From NCBI GenBank assembly GCA_050948865.1, contig JBMNEQ010000003.1, positions 70,831 to 134,830 on the forward strand: a stretch of DNA of 64,000 nucleotides, given 5' to 3'. The notes beneath the pieces are model-generated. The model made no database searches. It was not told where the DNA came from and saw only the letters and a list, made by a program, of their open reading frames with translations. The DNA is from Bacilli bacterium (GTDB lineage: Bacteria; Bacillota_I; Bacilli_A; RF39; UBA660). Of the stretch, positions 63,242 through 64,000 are shown piece after piece (position 1 is the stretch's first letter; every line of letters begins with the position of its first letter). The translations under genes and the position numbers were made by a program.

Positions 63242-64000
63242 ATGAAAGCGGTTTATATTCATATTCCTTTTTGTAAAAAGATTTGTTCTTATTGTGATTT
63301 TTGTAAGGTTTATTACTATAAAAAGTGGATTAAACCTTATTTATTATCTTTAGAAAAGGAAATAAAAACAAGATATCAAGGAGAAAAGATTAATACTTTA
63401 TATATAGGAGGCGGAAGTCCTTCTTCTTTATCAATTTCTGAATTAAATTTCCTTTTTTCTCTTCTTCAAAATTTTAATTTATCAAAGTTAAAAGAATTTA
63501 CTTTTGAATGTAATATTGAGGATTTAACTAAAGAAAAGATAGAATTATTGATTAAAAATAAAGTCAATCGGTTAAGTATTGGGGTTCAAACATTTAATCA
63601 AAAACATTTATCTTTTTTAAAGACGTTCTCATACTAAAGATAAGGTTATAAAAGTTATTAGAAAGATCAAGGAAAAGGGCTTATTTAATATAAATATTGA
63701 TTTAATTTATGGAATCCCTGGACAAACTCTTAATGATTTATTAGAAGATTTAAAGATGGTTTTAATTTTAAATATAACTCATTTATCTTGTTATTGTTTA
63801 ATGATTGAAGATAACACAGAATTATCTATTTTTAAAGAAATAAAGGAAGAAGAGGATTTACAAGCTAAAATGTATAAACTAATTTCTAAAACTTTAAGTT
63901 CTAATGGTTTTAATCAATATGAAATTAGTAATTTTTCCAAGAAGGGTTTTAAAAGTAAACATAATTTAGTTTATTGGTCTAATGAATACTATTATGGTTT
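63242..64000 (+). pseudogene. hemW: radical SAM HemW/HemN-like heme chaperone gene with a frame break at about 63615-63621; 3' end lies outside the window
   Basis: Frame 1 has HIPFCKKICSYCDF (CxxxCxxC) and stops at 63637. The conserved continuation RRSHTKDKVIKVIRKIKEKGLFNINIDLIYGIPGQT... is in the +1 frame from 63621 and stays open to the window end. Confidence 0.7.

Overview
This is a very AT-rich, standard-code chromosome segment from a spore-forming low-GC Firmicute. It is mostly housekeeping DNA, and long stretches share gene order with Bacillus subtilis: lexA, a small SOS gene, tkt, a sirA-like gene, yneF, parE, parC; ylbD/ylbE-like genes and rsmD; murG, murB, divIB, ftsA, ftsZ, spoIIGA, sigE; and dnaB, dnaI, thrS. 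rnc, smc, def, comEA/comEC, holA, uvrC and two tRNAs are also present.

The outstanding accessory element is a complete diversity-generating retroelement (DGR) at about 11.7-16.0 kb.
- A 160-nt variable repeat (VR) at the 3' end of a roughly 500-aa type-IV-pilin-like gene pairs with an AAY-rich template repeat (TR).
- The two repeats differ at 16 positions, and 15 of those are template adenines.
- Downstream on the same strand lie a small MutS-domain-I-like ORF, an Avd-like ORF and a DGR-type reverse transcriptase.
- Unusual extras are a tail-less SSB-like gene between VR and TR, several G+C-rich stem-loops, and a nested three-stem structure just 3' of TR.
- A convergent RNase HIII-like gene overlaps the RT 3' end. 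It has been split by an IS1202-like element with a 27-bp target duplication and a nonsense-mutated transposase.

The DGR block sits between a hybrid histidine kinase with degenerate ATP-binding motifs and an orphan Hpt gene.

Other notable items:
- a second pilin-like paralog carrying about seven curlin-like QxGxxN repeats;
- a thioredoxin/DsbD/Mrp/NifX/MinD-ferredoxin/DUF134 cluster;
- two genes whose conserved N-termini can only be reached from ATT codons in an identical SD-AATTATTAAT context;
- a LexA-box-controlled small membrane protein;
- several unannotated small ORFs;
- a frameshifted hemW-like gene.

I saw no CRISPR array and no rRNA.
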